The translations under genes and the position numbers were made by a program. This document shows, in pieces, positions 59,466 through 64,000 of a stretch of 64,000 nucleotides of DNA (positions are counted from its first letter, which is position 1; the number at the start of each line of letters is the position of its first letter). This stretch comes from the human T2T-CHM13v2.0 reference genome, Homo sapiens. Under the pieces are notes generated by a model. That model ran no database searches, was not told where the DNA came from, and was given only the letters and a program-made list of their open reading frames with translations. The DNA lies in the NCBI RefSeq assembly GCF_009914755.1, contig NC_060928.1; one strand, written 5' to 3'.

Positions 59466-59615
59466 TTAATAATTATTTAATCAACACAATTTTTATGGTA
59501 TGTACTTCTTTGGTGTTTTTTGTTTGCTTGTTTACTGATTTACTGATTACTGCCTTCCCTACTGTAAAAATTCTTACTTCAGAAGAGACAGTATCTATAT
59601 TAAAATTTAAAGTAA

Positions 59616-59935
<320 letters not shown>

Positions 59936-60199
59936 TAAAGTAAAGTTTTTACCATAAATATTTGCAAAAGGAAAAAATCAGAACATCTTTCGTAAACATT
60001 TTACTCCTCTTCATCAAGATGGCATCCAAGAACATAGAATGTGTGTTTTTTTAAAATTTCATTTTGTAGATAATAATATAAACATAGACTAACTTCTATT
60101 TTAGTTAATACACAATATTAAACACAATAATCCTTTCTCAACACAACTTTTGATTTTATTGCCTGATTTTTACATTTTAAGTCTTAACATATAGCGAGG

Positions 60200-60370
60200 C
60201 AGGGCTAGTTACAAAATTTTAAGGGCCTATTGCAAAATAAAAATGTAGGGCCCCATGTTCAAAAAGTATTAAAAATTTCGAGATGGCAACAATGGAGCAT
60301 TATTAAGCCAAACACAAGCCCTTCTGACTGGGGAGCCCTGTGTGGGACTCCTCCCATGAAGCTGGCATTG
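60200..60370 (-). mobile_element. MER45A (hAT-Tip100)
   Basis: Termini cagggctagttac...catgaagctggcattg; internal tgcaaaataaaaatgtagggcccc. Confidence 0.85.
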
Positions 60371-60635
60371 AGACTTCATGGCTATGATCAGTGACAGAAC
60401 TCGTCTATAGTTTGCCATCAATAAATGGCACATTCTTTAGTCTGGAATTTCCCTAGCCTGCTTATAATTAATCTTAATTACTTTCAAGGTGTCTTTTCCC
60501 AGAATTTCTGTCCTGTCCTTGAAAACCAATTTTCCATTAAATTGGAACAAACTTCTTTTTTTCTTTTCTTTTCTTTTTTATTTTTAATTATACAATTTTA
60601 CAGCATAGGGTAAACGACAGGCAGGCTTTCCCTGG

Positions 60636-60910
60636 TTTATGGCACAGGCTTTCACTCTGTCTCCCAGACAAGGGTGCAGTGGTGTAATCATGGCTCACTG
60701 CAGCCTTGACCTCCCTGAGCTCAGGTGGTCCTCCCACCTCAGCCTCCTGAGTAGCTGGGACTACAGGGACATGCCACCATGCCTGGCTAATTTTTCTATT
60801 GTTTCGTACAGATGGAGTTCCACTATGTTGCCCAGACTGGTCTCGAACTCCTGGCTCAAGAGATCAGCCAGCCTTGGCTTCCCAAAGTGTTGGAATTACA
60901 GGCATGAGCC
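60636..60910 (-). mobile_element. AluJ, slightly 5'-truncated
   Basis: atcatggctcactgcagccttgacc; tcctggctcaag. Confidence 0.9.
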
Positions 60911-61779
60911 CCAAGTTTCTTTTCACAAAGGACTATAACTTACTTCTCCAGAAGCTTCAAGTGTGCCCAAATTGTTCATATTTTACTCCTCCATAGTAAG
61001 CTGATGTGAGTGTGGATATAAAACACTAATTCAAACCTCACCAACAACCATGAGTTATACAAATATGAAACAAGTTAGGTGGCATATAGAGAACCATAAT
61101 TTAGGTGAATTTTGTGCTTTTTATAAAGCAAACTGTGTTCTACATTTTATCTTTGAATATTCAACAACTTGTTAAATTAATTTGAAGTCAGAAAAATATT
61201 ATGCTAATTTGCATTTTTAACACAGGAAATTTTTTTGAAGCATAGCATCTATCTCTGCCAAGTGGAGTGCTGTATATCCTCAAAGTTGTAGGGCTCTGCA
61301 CAACTCATTGCCAATCACTTATAAGCTGCTGTAAAATTGAAAATCCTCACAAAGACTTCCACCAACAAAATCTTTAATGCTGTGATTATGAAATGGGAAC
61401 ACCTTTAAAGTGTTTACCTCAAAAAGGAACAAAAAGAAAGAAAGAAGTAGTTACTTTGCACATTATTTTCCGAAATAAATTATCTGGCAATGTTACTGAG
61501 CTTCTCTGAAAGCTGCTTTCTCACAGCTATTAGATTTTATGCAGCCAACTACAATGAAAACAACAGGCTCAAGCACAGGAATTGAGGTAAAACGGTATTT
61601 CGTGGAAATAGGTTTTTTTGTTATTTTTAAATTATAAAATGTAACAATTGACTTAAAAGTAACATTTTAAGATAAATTCTATTGCACCTATATAGAAACG
61701 CCTCTTACTATAGTTATATACAATGCTCACACTACATTCTAATATAAGAAAGCAATGCCAAACAAATCAAATTGCCTTT

Positions 61780-62110
61780 AAAAATAAAGGGATTGATTAT
61801 TTCACTTCAAATAGACTAGAGATAAGGCAGACCTCAAGCCAAGTGAATTAGAGATTCAGTTCTGGTTTTCTGTGAATCTCTAGGGTTTGCCTTCCTCCAT
61901 GATTGTTATGAGATGGTTGTAGGAGTTCCAGGAATTAACGTTAAGGGCACCAGAAGAAGGATAGAGGCCATTTCCTTTATCTTCAGTGTCTCCTAATTGG
62001 AGCAAAGGAACTTTTCCCAGAAGTCTTCCAGCACAATTTCTAAATGGAATCAGATACAGATTCCTAAAATCAGTCACTGGAAAAATAAAGCTAATCATTT
62101 ACATTGATGA
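61780..62110 (-). mobile_element. Old MLT1 (K/L/N-like) LTR relic
   Basis: ggaacttttcccagaagtcttccagca; ttcctaaaatcagtcactgg. Confidence 0.5.
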
Positions 62111-62199
62111 ATCTATCAATCTGCTTTCTCTGGTTTATGCTGCAGTTTAAGTTTGAAATCTTTCTGGGGCACCAAAAAAAAAAAAAAAAAATTCCCCTT

Positions 62200-62495
62200 A
62201 CACAGCGAATGGCAATCCTGGCTTAGTTTTAACTCTGCCTGACATCATTTGCGGGCCAGGACTAAAGCTTGAGGAGCGGCATACATATAGGAAAGGGCAG
62301 AGTAAAAAGAATTAGTGGGGCCACACAACGACTCTTAAATCAGAAATGCACACTTCAGTTTATTTTCCAAATCCTGTCACATGCCTAGGCCTGACATCAA
62401 TAGGGCAGGCAATAATTCTTCCTCCAAGAGGGATCCCAGAAAGGGGCTCAACTGGAAAGACTACTAATAATTTGAGAACAAGACAATATACCACA
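62200..62495 (-). mobile_element. Old MLT1 (H/I-like) LTR relic
   Basis: gtcacatgcctaggcctgacatcaatagggcagg...acaatataccaca. Confidence 0.55.
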
Positions 62496-62506
62496 AATAG
62501 TTATTA

Positions 62507-64000
<1,494 letters not shown>

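Overview
Primate (human or great-ape) nuclear DNA: AT-rich, CpG-poor and dominated by transposable elements, typical of a gene desert or a very large intron. No host protein-coding gene could be recognised. The long ORFs in the track come from LINE-1 or Tigger1, and most short ones are Alu antisense or chance ORFs. Main contents: an ERVL pol remnant; an old L1MB-type element with an L1MA-type element nested inside it; a full-length but inactivated L1PA2-like element (+, 14140-20169) that keeps an intact ORF0; a full-length L1PA7-like element (-, 34574-41021) with a perfect 20-bp TSD; 11 Alu copies or fragments; THE1B, THE1D and MLT1 MaLR LTRs; MER3, MER45A and Tigger1 DNA transposons; MIR and L2 relics; and several microsatellites. 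Subfamily calls come from recalled consensus motifs, not a database search. I found no convincing new biological system. The best leads are two orphan splice-site-bounded exon candidates, an Alu carrying extra sequence before its poly(A), fold-back or palindromic structures, a CpG-retaining Pol III B-box element, and an old L1 whose 5' end is fused to its 3' end.
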